This document shows positions 49,315 through 59,026 of a stretch of 64,000 bases of DNA, piece by piece. Under the pieces are notes generated by a model. That model saw only the letters and a list, made by a program, of their open reading frames with translations, was not told where the DNA came from and did not search any database. Source of the DNA: a bacterium (GTDB lineage: Bacteria > UBA8248); the NCBI GenBank assembly GCA_965213625.1, contig CBDBZU010000004.1, forward strand, positions 576,001 through 640,000, read 5' to 3'. Both the position numbers and the translations under genes were made by a program. The stretch's first letter is position 1. Each line of letters starts with the position of its first letter.

Positions 49315-50391
49315 TTGGGCACCGTCAGTATCGAGAACCTGAGCAAGCACTTCGGCAGCGTGCGCGCCGTGGACGGAATCGACCTGGAAGTCTCCGAGGG
49401 AGAGTTCCTCGTCCTGGTGGGGCCATCGGGCTGCGGCAAGACGACGACGCTGCGCATGGTGGCCGGGCTGGAGTTTCCCACCGACGGCGAGATCCGCGTG
49501 TCGGGCGAGCGCGTGAACGAGATTCCCGCCAAGGATCGCAACATGGCCATGGTGTTCCAGAACTACGCCCTCTACCCACACATGACGGTGTACGAGAACA
49601 TGGCCTTCGGTCTCCGCGTCCGGCGGATTTCTGCGGGCGACATCGACCGCCGCGTTAAGGAGGCCGCCGCCCTCATGGGGCTCGAAGACCTCCTCCACCG
49701 CAAACCCCGCCAGCTCTCGGGCGGCCAGCGGCAGCGCGTGGCGGTCTGCCGGGCCATCGTGCGCGACCCGGTCGCCTTCCTCTTCGACGAACCGCTCAGC
49801 AACCTCGACGCCAAGCTCCGCGTCACCGCCCGGGCCGAGATACGCAAGCTCCAGCGCCGCCTGGGCACGACCTCCATCTACGTCACCCACGACCAGACCG
49901 AGGCGATGACGATGGGAGACCGCATCGTCGTCATGGATCTGGGGAAAATACTGCAGGTGGGTCCTCCCATCGAACTCTACGACCGCCCCGTCAACCGTTT
50001 CGTGGCAGGGTTTCTGGGGAGCCCGGCCATGAACTTCATCGAAGGCCGCGCACAGCAATCGGAGGGCCGTCTCGAACTCGAAGCGGGCGCCCTGCGCTTC
50101 CCGCTGCCGGAGTCCTGCCGGGAAGGAGACGCCTATACCCTCGGCTTCCGTCCCGAGCATCTGGGCTTTCAAGAGGGCGGGGAGCGCCTCGTCTCCGCCG
50201 AGGGCCGGGTGGAACTCGTCGAGCCTTTGGGTTCGGATACCTTCGTCGCCCTGGACCTGGGCGGTGAGGTCCTCACCGTAAAGGAAGAAGGCCATTTCCG
50301 AGCGCAGGTGGGAGAGCGCATCCGGGTGTTCTTCGAGATGGACAACGCCCATCTGTTCGACGGCGACACCGGGGAGCGGCTGGAAGGCTAG
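49315..50391 (+). CDS. carbohydrate ABC transporter ATP-binding protein (MalK/UgpC-like)
   Basis: GPSGCGKT, LSGGQRQR and DEPLSNLDAKLR motifs. Confidence 0.95.
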   Translation: MGTVSIENLSKHFGSVRAVDGIDLEVSEGEFLVLVGPSGCGKTTTLRMVAGLEFPTDGEIRVSGERVNEIPAKDRNMAMVFQNYALYPHMTVYENMAFGLRVRRISAGDIDRRVKEAAALMGLEDLLHRKPRQLSGGQRQRVAVCRAIVRDPVAFLFDEPLSNLDAKLRVTARAEIRKLQRRLGTTSIYVTHDQTEAMTMGDRIVVMDLGKILQVGPPIELYDRPVNRFVAGFLGSPAMNFIEGRAQQSEGRLELEAGALRFPLPESCREGDAYTLGFRPEHLGFQEGGERLVSAEGRVELVEPLGSDTFVALDLGGEVLTVKEEGHFRAQVGERIRVFFEMDNAHLFDGDTGERLEG

Positions 50392-50558
50392 ACCCCTGCG
50401 GAATGTGAGATGGGTTTGCAGGGGCGGACCTGTGTTCAGCCCGCACCATACATTCCAGGTCAAACAAAAGTAGGGACAGGTCGCGACCTGTCCCTACGCA
50501 GTTTCAGAGAAAGAAAGATTATCCCGACAGACCTGGGTTTTTAGAAAACCCGGAAACC

Positions 50559-51659
50559 CTAATACACCTCCGTTGCGCCGCCTTCGCCTGCGGCTTGCTG
50601 TTTGGGCCGCCATCGCAACAGATAGCGCTCCAGCCAGTTCACCGCCGTGTTGGCGATGAGCACGATGAACATGAGCAGGATGAGGCCCGCGAACGAGCCC
50701 GCGATGTTGAACAGGTTGCTCGTGTGCTGGATCATGAAGCCCAGCCCCTTGCTCGCCGCCATGAACTCGCCCAGGATGGCCCCGATGATGGCGAAGGGAA
50801 CGCCTATCTTGAGGCCCGTGAGTATCCAGGGCATCGCGGCGGGCAGCGTGACCTTCCAGAGAACCTGCATCTCGTTCGCGCCCATCACCTGCGCCAGGTT
50901 CTTCAGGTTGGGGTCCACGCCCCTCAGGCCCGAGTAGGTGTTCATGAAGGTCAAGAAGAGCACCAGGCTCACCGCCAGCACGATTTTCGATTCCACCCCG
51001 ATGCCGAACCAGATGATGAGAATCGGCGCCATCGCCACGCGCGGGATGCCGTTCACCGCGACGATGAAGGGGTCGAGTATCTCGGCCAGGGTTTCCAGCC
51101 GCGCCAGAATGAAGCCGAGCGCGATGCCGAGAGCGGCGCCCAGGATATAGCCCAGGAAGGCCTCGTACATCGTCGTCCAGGTATCGACGAACACGCTGCC
51201 CGAAAGCGTAATCTCCACCATATAGCTCATGACGCGCAGGGGCGAGCCGAACCAGAACGGGTCCACGCAGAGCCACTGTTTGGGGCCGATCTCCCAGGCG
51301 CTGAGCTCCCACATCGCCAGAAAGCCGCCCGCGAATGAGGCCCGGTAAATGAACATGCGCAACTTCTGGTTCTTGATGAAGCGCCCGGTCCTCGATATGG
51401 AGACGTCAACGAAGGCGATGGCGTGGAAGAACATGCCCGTGACGGAGCACATCATGTAGCCGGCCACCGTGAGGAACAACAAGAGCGAGCCAATCAGGTA
51501 ATCGCCCCGCCAGAGTTGCGGTACGCCCGGCAGGGGAATCGTCAGGAGGATCTCGCCCAGTTTGGGAATCCTGACGCGGCCGGAAGCCTCATGGGTGGTC
51601 TGTATTGCCTCGTCCGCTCCCTTGTCCCCGCTCGCCTCTTTATCGATCATGTCGACCAT
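50559..51659 (-). CDS. SsuC/TauC-type ABC permease with N-terminal extension
   Basis: IPRVAMAP, WFGIG and GEFMAASKGLG motifs. Confidence 0.88.
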   Translation of the reverse strand: MVDMIDKEASGDKGADEAIQTTHEASGRVRIPKLGEILLTIPLPGVPQLWRGDYLIGSLLLFLTVAGYMMCSVTGMFFHAIAFVDVSISRTGRFIKNQKLRMFIYRASFAGGFLAMWELSAWEIGPKQWLCVDPFWFGSPLRVMSYMVEITLSGSVFVDTWTTMYEAFLGYILGAALGIALGFILARLETLAEILDPFIVAVNGIPRVAMAPILIIWFGIGVESKIVLAVSLVLFLTFMNTYSGLRGVDPNLKNLAQVMGANEMQVLWKVTLPAAMPWILTGLKIGVPFAIIGAILGEFMAASKGLGFMIQHTSNLFNIAGSFAGLILLMFIVLIANTAVNWLERYLLRWRPKQQAAGEGGATEVY

Positions 51660-51685
51660 GGCAATCCCCTTCTTATCCGCTCGCT

Positions 51686-52489
51686 CTAACTCGCGGACCC
51701 GTTTTTCATCCAATCCTCGCTGCGCTGGACCTCCTCGCGCAATTCCTGCCACAGCTGATCGTAGGTCTGCCGAAACTCCTCCTTGCTGTGGATGGTGAAC
51801 ACGTCTCGCGGACGCGGAATGTCTACTTCGGTGACGCTCCTGAGCTTGCCGGGCCGGCTCGTCATGACGACGACCCTGTCAGCCAGGGCGATGGCCTCGA
51901 CGAGGTCGTGCGTGATGAATATCACGGTCTTTCGCGCCTCGCGCCAGAGTTTCAACAACTGATCCTGAAGGATAATGCGCGTCTGCGCGTCGAGCGGCCC
52001 GAAGGGCTCGTCCATCAGGATGACTTCCGGGTCGTAAATAAGAGTGCGTATGATGTTGGCCCGCTGGCGCATTCCGCCCGAGAGTTCGTGGGGGTAGTGG
52101 TCCTCGAACCCCGCGAGGCCGACGCGCTGGATGAGTTCGCGGGCCTTGTCGTGCCTGGTCTTCTGGTCGACCCCCCGCATCTCCAGCGGGAAGGCGACGT
52201 TGTTGATGAGCGTGCGCCAGGCGTAGAGATAGTCCGACTGCGGCACGTAGCCGATGTCGGTATTGATGCCGTGCAGCTTTTTATCCTTGTACGTGATGGT
52301 GCCCGAGGTGGGGTGCACCAGCCCGATAATGCAGTTCAGCAGCGTGGACTTCCCGCACCCGCTCGGTCCCACGATAGTGATGAACTCGCCGTCTTCGATC
52401 TCGAGGCTCATATCATCGACGGCGATCACGCGGTTTCCACGCGAGAAGAATTCCTTATGCAGGTTCTTGATCGAGAGAATTGGAGGCAC
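51686..52489 (-). CDS. SsuB/TauB-type ABC ATP-binding protein
   Basis: GPSGCGKS, LSGGMRQR and DEPFGPLD motifs. Confidence 0.93.
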   Translation of the reverse strand: MPPILSIKNLHKEFFSRGNRVIAVDDMSLEIEDGEFITIVGPSGCGKSTLLNCIIGLVHPTSGTITYKDKKLHGINTDIGYVPQSDYLYAWRTLINNVAFPLEMRGVDQKTRHDKARELIQRVGLAGFEDHYPHELSGGMRQRANIIRTLIYDPEVILMDEPFGPLDAQTRIILQDQLLKLWREARKTVIFITHDLVEAIALADRVVVMTSRPGKLRSVTEVDIPRPRDVFTIHSKEEFRQTYDQLWQELREEVQRSEDWMKNGSAS

Positions 52490-52566
52490 GGCGCATGAAT
52501 CTCCGCCGCCGGGGACAGGCTCTCAAAAGCCCCTCCCCGGCGGTTTTCAGAGTCGGAAGTGTTAGT

Positions 52567-53613
52567 TCACATCTTGCCGGGCAGATACTCGTCCGTGACG
52601 AGGGTGCTCCTCGGGAACGCCTTCTTGAGCTTGCCCGCCGCGATGAGCAGGTTCTGTGTAATGTCCACCGCACGCTGGGTGACTTTCCCGTCCAGCGAGA
52701 CAGCCTTCTTCACCGCCGCGATGCTGGTGCGCAGCAGCCGCTTGTCGGTCTTGGCGAAATAAAGCTGGATTTTCTCGCGAATCTGCTCGGCGGTGTGCTT
52801 GTTGATCCAGTTGTTGGCCTTGAGAAGCGCCCGGACCACCTTGCGGACGGTCTCGGGGTTTTTCTTCGCGTAATCGGGCCGCACGAGCAGGACCTCCATC
52901 ATGAACTGGTCCATCTCCGGGTCCTCACCCGCAGAGTTCGTGACGAAGGGAATGCCGATGTCCTTGAATATGGCTGTCTCCGGCACGGGAATCGTCTGTA
53001 TCGCTACATCGATTTTGCCGCGCTGAAGCGCCGCGATGAGGACCGGGCCCGCGCCCGCGCCGATGAGCTTCACCTCTTTCTGGGGCGTATAGCCGGCCTG
53101 GCGGATCCAGTATTCACCCTGGTTGTAGGTGAGCGCGCCGGGACGCGTGGCGCCCACGGTCAGGCCCTTCAGTTTCTTGATCTTTTCCTTGTAGGGCGTC
53201 TTGGCGGTGATGCCGAGCCTCTTCGCCACATCCTTGCGGATGGCGGAGTTGACGATGCTGCGGTTCAGGCAGCTCATTACCGCGATGAGGGCGCCGCCCG
53301 CCTTGACGGCGTTGATCTGGTAAGTGCCCGCCGCGATGGAGAAATCCGCCTGGCCCGCGAGGTTGGCCTTGATGTCCGGCCCGCCGCCCCGCGTGGAGAT
53401 GACCTCTGCGGCCAGACCCTCTTCGGCGAAGTAACCGTTCGCACGCGCCACGTAGTTACTGACGAAGGCGAGACTCTCGACCGCCTGGGTGATGACGACC
53501 CGTTTGACGGCCGACTCAGAAGGCGTGACGGCTGTAAAGACGAGCGCCACTCCCAGGATAACCGCCAATACCGATTTGAAGATGAGACCCCGTACATTCA
53601 TTCTGTTATCCAC
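52567..53613 (-). CDS. NMT1/SsuA-like ABC substrate-binding protein
   Basis: Signal peptide, GYFAEEGL, LKGLTVG and GKIDVA motifs. Confidence 0.88.
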   Translation of the reverse strand: MDNRMNVRGLIFKSVLAVILGVALVFTAVTPSESAVKRVVITQAVESLAFVSNYVARANGYFAEEGLAAEVISTRGGGPDIKANLAGQADFSIAAGTYQINAVKAGGALIAVMSCLNRSIVNSAIRKDVAKRLGITAKTPYKEKIKKLKGLTVGATRPGALTYNQGEYWIRQAGYTPQKEVKLIGAGAGPVLIAALQRGKIDVAIQTIPVPETAIFKDIGIPFVTNSAGEDPEMDQFMMEVLLVRPDYAKKNPETVRKVVRALLKANNWINKHTAEQIREKIQLYFAKTDKRLLRTSIAAVKKAVSLDGKVTQRAVDITQNLLIAAGKLKKAFPRSTLVTDEYLPGKM

Positions 53614-53974
53614 GATTTCAGCCTCCCTCTGGGCCGCAGGATTCGCGGCTGCGTCATGGACTCGATCAACGCCCCGAGACGGGGCGCACTCAGTGTATCG
53701 GGAAGATATGACTTTCCTTCGATTCCTCCTGCTTGCAACAAGACAATACCGAAAGAAACTTTATGATTTCATGATGACGAGTAAAGAGAATACCATGTTT
53801 GCCGAAGCCGTCGCAAGATGCCGGAATCCGGTGCCGCATCATCACGAAACGCTCTGAGCCGCTTCATCCGGCTGGCGCAAGCCTCAAACCCCCCTGGATT
53901 GGGATGTTGAAAAGTCCTGATGAATGAAGGGGGTTGGGGGGCAAGGCAAGGAGAGATGGAAAGGCTGGTTTCCG

Positions 53975-54172
53975 TCGTCCCTCGATACGGCCCTTACGGG
54001 CCTACTCGGGATGAAGGTGATTTTTTTCCTCACCCTGAGTAGTACGCCATATCATCCTCACCCTGAGTAGCCGCCGAAGGCGGCGTATCGAAGGGCGCAC
54101 ATGGGCCTGCGAACCGCCCCTATCTCACCTCGATCCGCAGGTTATCGTCATTCCGGCTTTCGCCGGAATGAC
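53975..54172. repeat. cluster of intergenic palindromes
   Basis: CCCTCGATACG...CTACTCGGGATGA inverted against TCACCCTGAGTAG...CGTATCGAAGGG, plus CGTCATTCCGG-CTTTCG-CCGGAATGACG. Confidence 0.7.
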
Positions 54173-54276
54173 GAACGAAATCGCATTTATTGTAGGGACA
54201 GGTCGCGACCTGTCCCTACGGAGGTTGTTGAAAATCCGTGTTTCGGAAGCGGGCGCTTTCCCCTCGAAGGACTCCT

Positions 54277-55947
54277 TCAACAACCCCCCGCCTGCGCGCG
54301 CTCGCGCTCCAGCTTCCGAAGAGCACCCCTTTGTATCTTTCCCGTGGCCGTGAGGGGCAGGCTTTCCAGGAACTCCACCTCTCTCGGGTATTTATAGGGC
54401 GCGAGCTGGGCTTTCACGAAATCCTGAAGCTCCTGCACCATTGCATCTTGCGCGCTCTCAGACTCAACTTCGGCGCTTCCCGAGAGAACGACGAACGCCT
54501 TCACGATTTCCCCGCGCTCTGCGTTCGGCGAACCCACCACCGCGCACTCGCGCACATTTGCGTGTTCGAGCAGCACGGCCTCCACCTCCAGGCCCGACAC
54601 GTTGTATCCCCCGGTGTTGATCATGTCGTCGGTACGCGCCTCGAAGGAGATGTACCCTTCCGCGTCGACGCGGCAAAGGTCTCCCGTCATGTTCCAGCCG
54701 TCACGCACGTAGTTCCGCTGGCGCTCGAGGTCATCGAGGTAGCGGCAACCGGTGGGGCCTTTGACGATCATCTGGCCCACTTCGCCGGGCGGCGTGTCGC
54801 GCATCTCCTCATCCACCACGCGCACCTGGTAGCCGGGCGCCGCGCGGCCTATCTTTCCGGGGCGGACATCTTCCCCGCTCGCCGAAATGAAGATGTGCAA
54901 AAGCTCCGAGATGCCGAGGCCGTTGATGATAGAAACCCCCGTACGCTCGCGCCATTCGCGGAACACCGAAGGCTCCAGCGGCTCTCCCCCCGCGATGCAG
55001 GCGCGCAGGCTGCTCAGGTCGTAACCACCCGCGATGTCGAGCATCTGCTTGTAGCCCGAGGGTGTGCTGAAGCACACCGTTCCCTTATATCTCTCGACCG
55101 ATACCAACAGATCGCGCGGCGTTCCCCGCTCGAGCAGAACCGAGGAGGCGCCGAAGCGCAGGGCGTCGGTGATGAAGGCGCAAAACCCGTACAAAAAGGC
55201 GATTTGCGGGCTGCCGCAAACGACGTCATCCGGCCCGAGATCGAAAAGATATTTAGGAAACGTATCCGCCACGGCGAGCAGGTCGCGGTGGAAATGCACC
55301 GTCCCCTTGGGCGTACCGGTGGAGCCCGAGGTAAAGCCGATGAGGGCCACGTCTTCCGCCGCCGTATCCGCGTTTTGGAATTCGGGCGAGGCTTCGGCCA
55401 TCAAGGCTTCGAGGCCGTCCGCCTGACCGCCCCCGAACAAGACGACGTGTTCCAGTGATTCAGAAGACTTGGCAGCTGCGCTCAAATCTTCGCTCAGTTT
55501 TTCGTCGCAAATGGCAAAACCGACCTGCGCTTTCTCCAGCACGTAGGCCAGCTCGCGCTCACGCATCACGGGCATGGTCGGAATCACGACCCCGCCCGCC
55601 TTCAAAACCGCAAGGCTCGCAGCCACGAGAGTCGGATGGTTTGATGAGCGAAGAAGCACGCGGTTTCCGGGCACGAGACCGAAGCGATTCGTCAGCACCG
55701 AAGCGATGCGGCCTGCGTTCTCCAAAAGCGAACGATAGCTCCAAAGCGTTTCGCCGTAATATATCGCAGGTCGCTCTGCCTGCGCGCCCTGGGCCATCTC
55801 GTCGATGAGTACAGCGCCTGCATTGATACGAGCGGGATAGGCCGCAAGCTCCGGCAAGACGCCGTAGTCCATCTCCGGCCACAGGGATTCCGGCGGCAGG
55901 TTGTCCCGCACGAACGTATCGACGTGCCCGCTCGCCTCAGCCGGCAT
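54277..55947 (-). CDS. aryl-CoA ligase, 2-aminobenzoate-CoA ligase-like
   Basis: HVDTFVRDNLPP N-terminus, FTSGSTGTPKG, ELLHIFIS, KGPTGCRYL and APYKYPR motifs. Confidence 0.88.
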   Translation of the reverse strand: MPAEASGHVDTFVRDNLPPESLWPEMDYGVLPELAAYPARINAGAVLIDEMAQGAQAERPAIYYGETLWSYRSLLENAGRIASVLTNRFGLVPGNRVLLRSSNHPTLVAASLAVLKAGGVVIPTMPVMRERELAYVLEKAQVGFAICDEKLSEDLSAAAKSSESLEHVVLFGGGQADGLEALMAEASPEFQNADTAAEDVALIGFTSGSTGTPKGTVHFHRDLLAVADTFPKYLFDLGPDDVVCGSPQIAFLYGFCAFITDALRFGASSVLLERGTPRDLLVSVERYKGTVCFSTPSGYKQMLDIAGGYDLSSLRACIAGGEPLEPSVFREWRERTGVSIINGLGISELLHIFISASGEDVRPGKIGRAAPGYQVRVVDEEMRDTPPGEVGQMIVKGPTGCRYLDDLERQRNYVRDGWNMTGDLCRVDAEGYISFEARTDDMINTGGYNVSGLEVEAVLLEHANVRECAVVGSPNAERGEIVKAFVVLSGSAEVESESAQDAMVQELQDFVKAQLAPYKYPREVEFLESLPLTATGKIQRGALRKLERERAQAGGC

Positions 55948-56902
55948 GGCGCTTCACCTCGGGCAGAAGTTCTTCGGCCAGCCGCATCATGTGTTCCACC
56001 TCCTCGCCTGCGGACGCCGCCGCCTTAAAGATGAAGTGCCGGACGCCCGCCTTCCGGTACGCATCGATCCGCTCGGCGCAACGCGCAACCGAGCCGTGGA
56101 GCAGGTATCTATTCGCCGCCTCGCGCATATCCATCCCATACCGCATCGAGAGATTCCTCGCACCCTCATCAAGTGCTTCATCCTCTTTTTCGCGCAGATT
56201 CACGAACAGGTGAAGCGCGGGCGTCCAGGGATTTTCGGAATCGTCAAGCGCGCGCCCCGCCTCGGCCGCGAAACGGTGAATCTGGTTCAATGCATTCTCA
56301 TAGCGCGATGTAGAATAGAGATAAGGCGCGTAGCCGTCTGCCAGAAGAGCGGCGCGCCTTTGCGCGGCCTCACTCCTGCCGCCCACCCAGATCGGAGGCC
56401 CGCCCGGAGTTAATGGCGGTGGGCTTTGCCGCGCATCCGAGAATCGGAAGAATCTCCCCTCGTGCCTCACCGCCTCCCCCGACCACAACTTGCGCAACAC
56501 CTCGATGGCCTCATCCGTCCGCGCCCCGCGCTCTGTTTTCGGTACACCGCAAACCTCGAACTCCTTCTCTTCCTCGCCGCCTACGCCCACGCCGAAGATG
56601 AAGCGCCCGCCCCCGCTCAGGTAATCCACCGTGGCCGCCGCTTTCGCCGCGATGGCGGGCCGCCTGAGCGGCAGGAGATAGACGAGGCTGCCCAGCGTGA
56701 TGCGCTCGGTTCTGGCCGCGGCGGCGGCGAGAGCGGCGAGGCTTTCCAGGAAATTGCCGCGAAAAGCGATGTGATCGTCCAGCCAGAAAGAATCGAAACC
56801 TGATTGCTCCACCTTCTCTATGAAATCGAGAAAATCCAGGTGCGAGGGCGGATCGCCCGGCTGCATTCCGTAGCCGTATCCGTATTTCACCGCTTCGTTC
56901 AT
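55937..56902 (-). CDS. LLM class flavin-dependent oxidoreductase
   Basis: GFDSFWLDDH, LSGGGRFIFGVGVG and PPIWVGG motifs. Confidence 0.92.
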   Translation of the reverse strand: MNEAVKYGYGYGMQPGDPPSHLDFLDFIEKVEQSGFDSFWLDDHIAFRGNFLESLAALAAAAARTERITLGSLVYLLPLRRPAIAAKAAATVDYLSGGGRFIFGVGVGGEEEKEFEVCGVPKTERGARTDEAIEVLRKLWSGEAVRHEGRFFRFSDARQSPPPLTPGGPPIWVGGRSEAAQRRAALLADGYAPYLYSTSRYENALNQIHRFAAEAGRALDDSENPWTPALHLFVNLREKEDEALDEGARNLSMRYGMDMREAANRYLLHGSVARCAERIDAYRKAGVRHFIFKAAASAGEEVEHMMRLAEELLPEVKRHAG

Positions 56903-56920
56903 GGGGACCCTTAATACAAT

Positions 56921-58945
56921 TCAGCCCGATGCGCTCAGGTGTAGATGTCCTCGAGCGTCCCGTCTCGCCGCCCAGCCGGGAGGGACGAGAGTGTTCGAGC
57001 CGTATTCCTCGATTACCGCAGGCCCGCTTATCTCGGCGTCTGAAGGCAGGGAATCTCGCCGGTAGACGGGGCAATCGGGAACTTCCTCCTCGAAAACGAC
57101 GCTTCTTCTCTCCAGGAGCGCGTCATCAAGCACGCCGCCCGGATTTTCCACCTTCACCCACCCCAGCTTGTCCACCATGCCGGAGGCCCGCACCCTGAGG
57201 TTCACGATCTCGAGCGGATCGTCCGGATGGCAATGCCCGTAGCGCGCCTCGTAGCGTGTGTGGAACTCACTGCCCAGGGCGTCGAGCCAGCCACTGGATT
57301 CCGGAACCGGAATCGTGAGTTCGAACGCCTGTCCGACATATCGGACGTCTACGTGACGGAGCGTCTCGATTTCACTCAATCCGGCCCCGCGCAACTGCTC
57401 GGCGCAGGGAGCTTCAAGATTCTTGAAAATGCGCTCCAAATCGCTTTCTTGCGCATCTTCCAAAGCAACGAAGCACGTCCCGACGTTCTCCTGCACCACA
57501 TCCGCCATGAGGAGACCGACTGCTGAGAAATTTCCGGGAAAGCGCGGTACGACGACGCTCGACATGGAGAGTTCCTTCGCTATCAGGGCGGCGTGCAGCG
57601 GCCCCGCGCCGCCGTAGGCGAGGAGGGTGTGTTCCCTCGGGTCGAAGCCGCGTTCGATGGAAATCTCGCGGATTGAGCTCACCATCCGCATTACGGCGAG
57701 GTCGACCACTCCGCGCGCCATCGATACGGCGCCTGAAATCCCGAGTTCCACGGCCAGCGACCCGAGGGCGCTCTCCGCCTTTTCGGGGTGGAGTTCCAGC
57801 CCTCCGGCCAGCAGCGTGCGCGGCCCGATGCGCGAGAGGGTGACGTTCGCGTCCGTGACCGTCGGCTCCTCGCCCCCAAATCCGTAACACGCAGGTCCCG
57901 GACGTGCCCCCGCGCTCTTTGGCCCCACGTGGAGCGCGCCGTCCTCATCGCGCCAGGCGATGCTCCCCCCGCCCGCGCCCACAGTGTTGATCTGAAGCTG
58001 CGAGGTCTTGAGGGGATAGGCGCCGATAGTGTTGTTCGTGCTGACGATGGGTCTGCGGTCGCGGATGAGGCATACGTCCGTGCTGGTGCCGCCCATGTCG
58101 TAGGTGATGAGGTGATCGAGACCCAGCGACTCGGCAACCGACACGCCCGCCACCACGCCGCCGGCGGGGCCGGAGAGTATCGTACGCACAGGAAACCGCG
58201 CCGCCCGCCCGGCGTCGAGCATCCCGCCGTTCGAAGCCATAATAAAAAGGGGCGCGCTGCATCCATTGTCTTTAAGCGCTCCCTCCAGACGGCTCACGTA
58301 GTTTTTAATTTTCGGGCCGAGATAGGCGTTCAGCGCGGCCGTGGAGAAGCGCTCGAACTCGCGGTACTCGGGCACAACCTCGTGCGATAGGGAGAGAAAT
58401 ACTCCCGGCAGCATCTTTTCGAGATACTCCGCCGTGCGCCTTTCGTTCTCTCCGTTGGCGTAGGCGTGCAGATAGCAGATGGCGAGAGCTTCCGCGCCAA
58501 GACGCTTCAAGCGTTCGGCCTGCTCCTCGACCTGCGCTTCTTCCACGCGGACTTCCACTCGCCCATCGGCCAAGGCGCGCTCTTCGATTTCGAGCCGCAA
58601 CTCACGGGGAACGACCGGCCGAGGGCGAACGAATTTCGGGTCGAAAAGGCTCTGGGGCACGAGGCGCTGCGTCCGGCCAATCTCAAGAACGTCGCGGAAG
58701 CCGTGCGTCGTCAGGAGAGCAGTGCGCGCGCCTGAGCCTTCCAGGATCGCGTTGGTGCCGACGGTGGTGCCGTGCGTGATCCGCTCGATGCCGGAGATAT
58801 CGAGACTCCCGACGCCTTCGAGAAAAACCGCGTCTTCTCTCCCGCGAAGCGTGGGAATCTTGGAAACCTCTATCCGTTTTTCGTCCTCATCGTAGAAAAC
58901 GAGATCGGTGAAGGTTCCTCCGGTGTCTATGCCGACGAGACTCAA
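56921..58945 (-). CDS. hydantoinase A/oxoprolinase family protein
   Basis: DTGGTFTD, HGTTVGTN, SGPAGG, DMGGTSTD and GGAGPLHA motifs. Confidence 0.95.
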   Translation of the reverse strand: MSLVGIDTGGTFTDLVFYDEDEKRIEVSKIPTLRGREDAVFLEGVGSLDISGIERITHGTTVGTNAILEGSGARTALLTTHGFRDVLEIGRTQRLVPQSLFDPKFVRPRPVVPRELRLEIEERALADGRVEVRVEEAQVEEQAERLKRLGAEALAICYLHAYANGENERRTAEYLEKMLPGVFLSLSHEVVPEYREFERFSTAALNAYLGPKIKNYVSRLEGALKDNGCSAPLFIMASNGGMLDAGRAARFPVRTILSGPAGGVVAGVSVAESLGLDHLITYDMGGTSTDVCLIRDRRPIVSTNNTIGAYPLKTSQLQINTVGAGGGSIAWRDEDGALHVGPKSAGARPGPACYGFGGEEPTVTDANVTLSRIGPRTLLAGGLELHPEKAESALGSLAVELGISGAVSMARGVVDLAVMRMVSSIREISIERGFDPREHTLLAYGGAGPLHAALIAKELSMSSVVVPRFPGNFSAVGLLMADVVQENVGTCFVALEDAQESDLERIFKNLEAPCAEQLRGAGLSEIETLRHVDVRYVGQAFELTIPVPESSGWLDALGSEFHTRYEARYGHCHPDDPLEIVNLRVRASGMVDKLGWVKVENPGGVLDDALLERRSVVFEEEVPDCPVYRRDSLPSDAEISGPAVIEEYGSNTLVPPGWAARRDARGHLHLSASG

Positions 58946-59026
58946 TGAAACAGCCTTCCTTTAATAATAAAGCGAAGAAATAATCACGCCCTCATACGGA
59001 CAAAAACGGAAAAATTATAAATCTGC

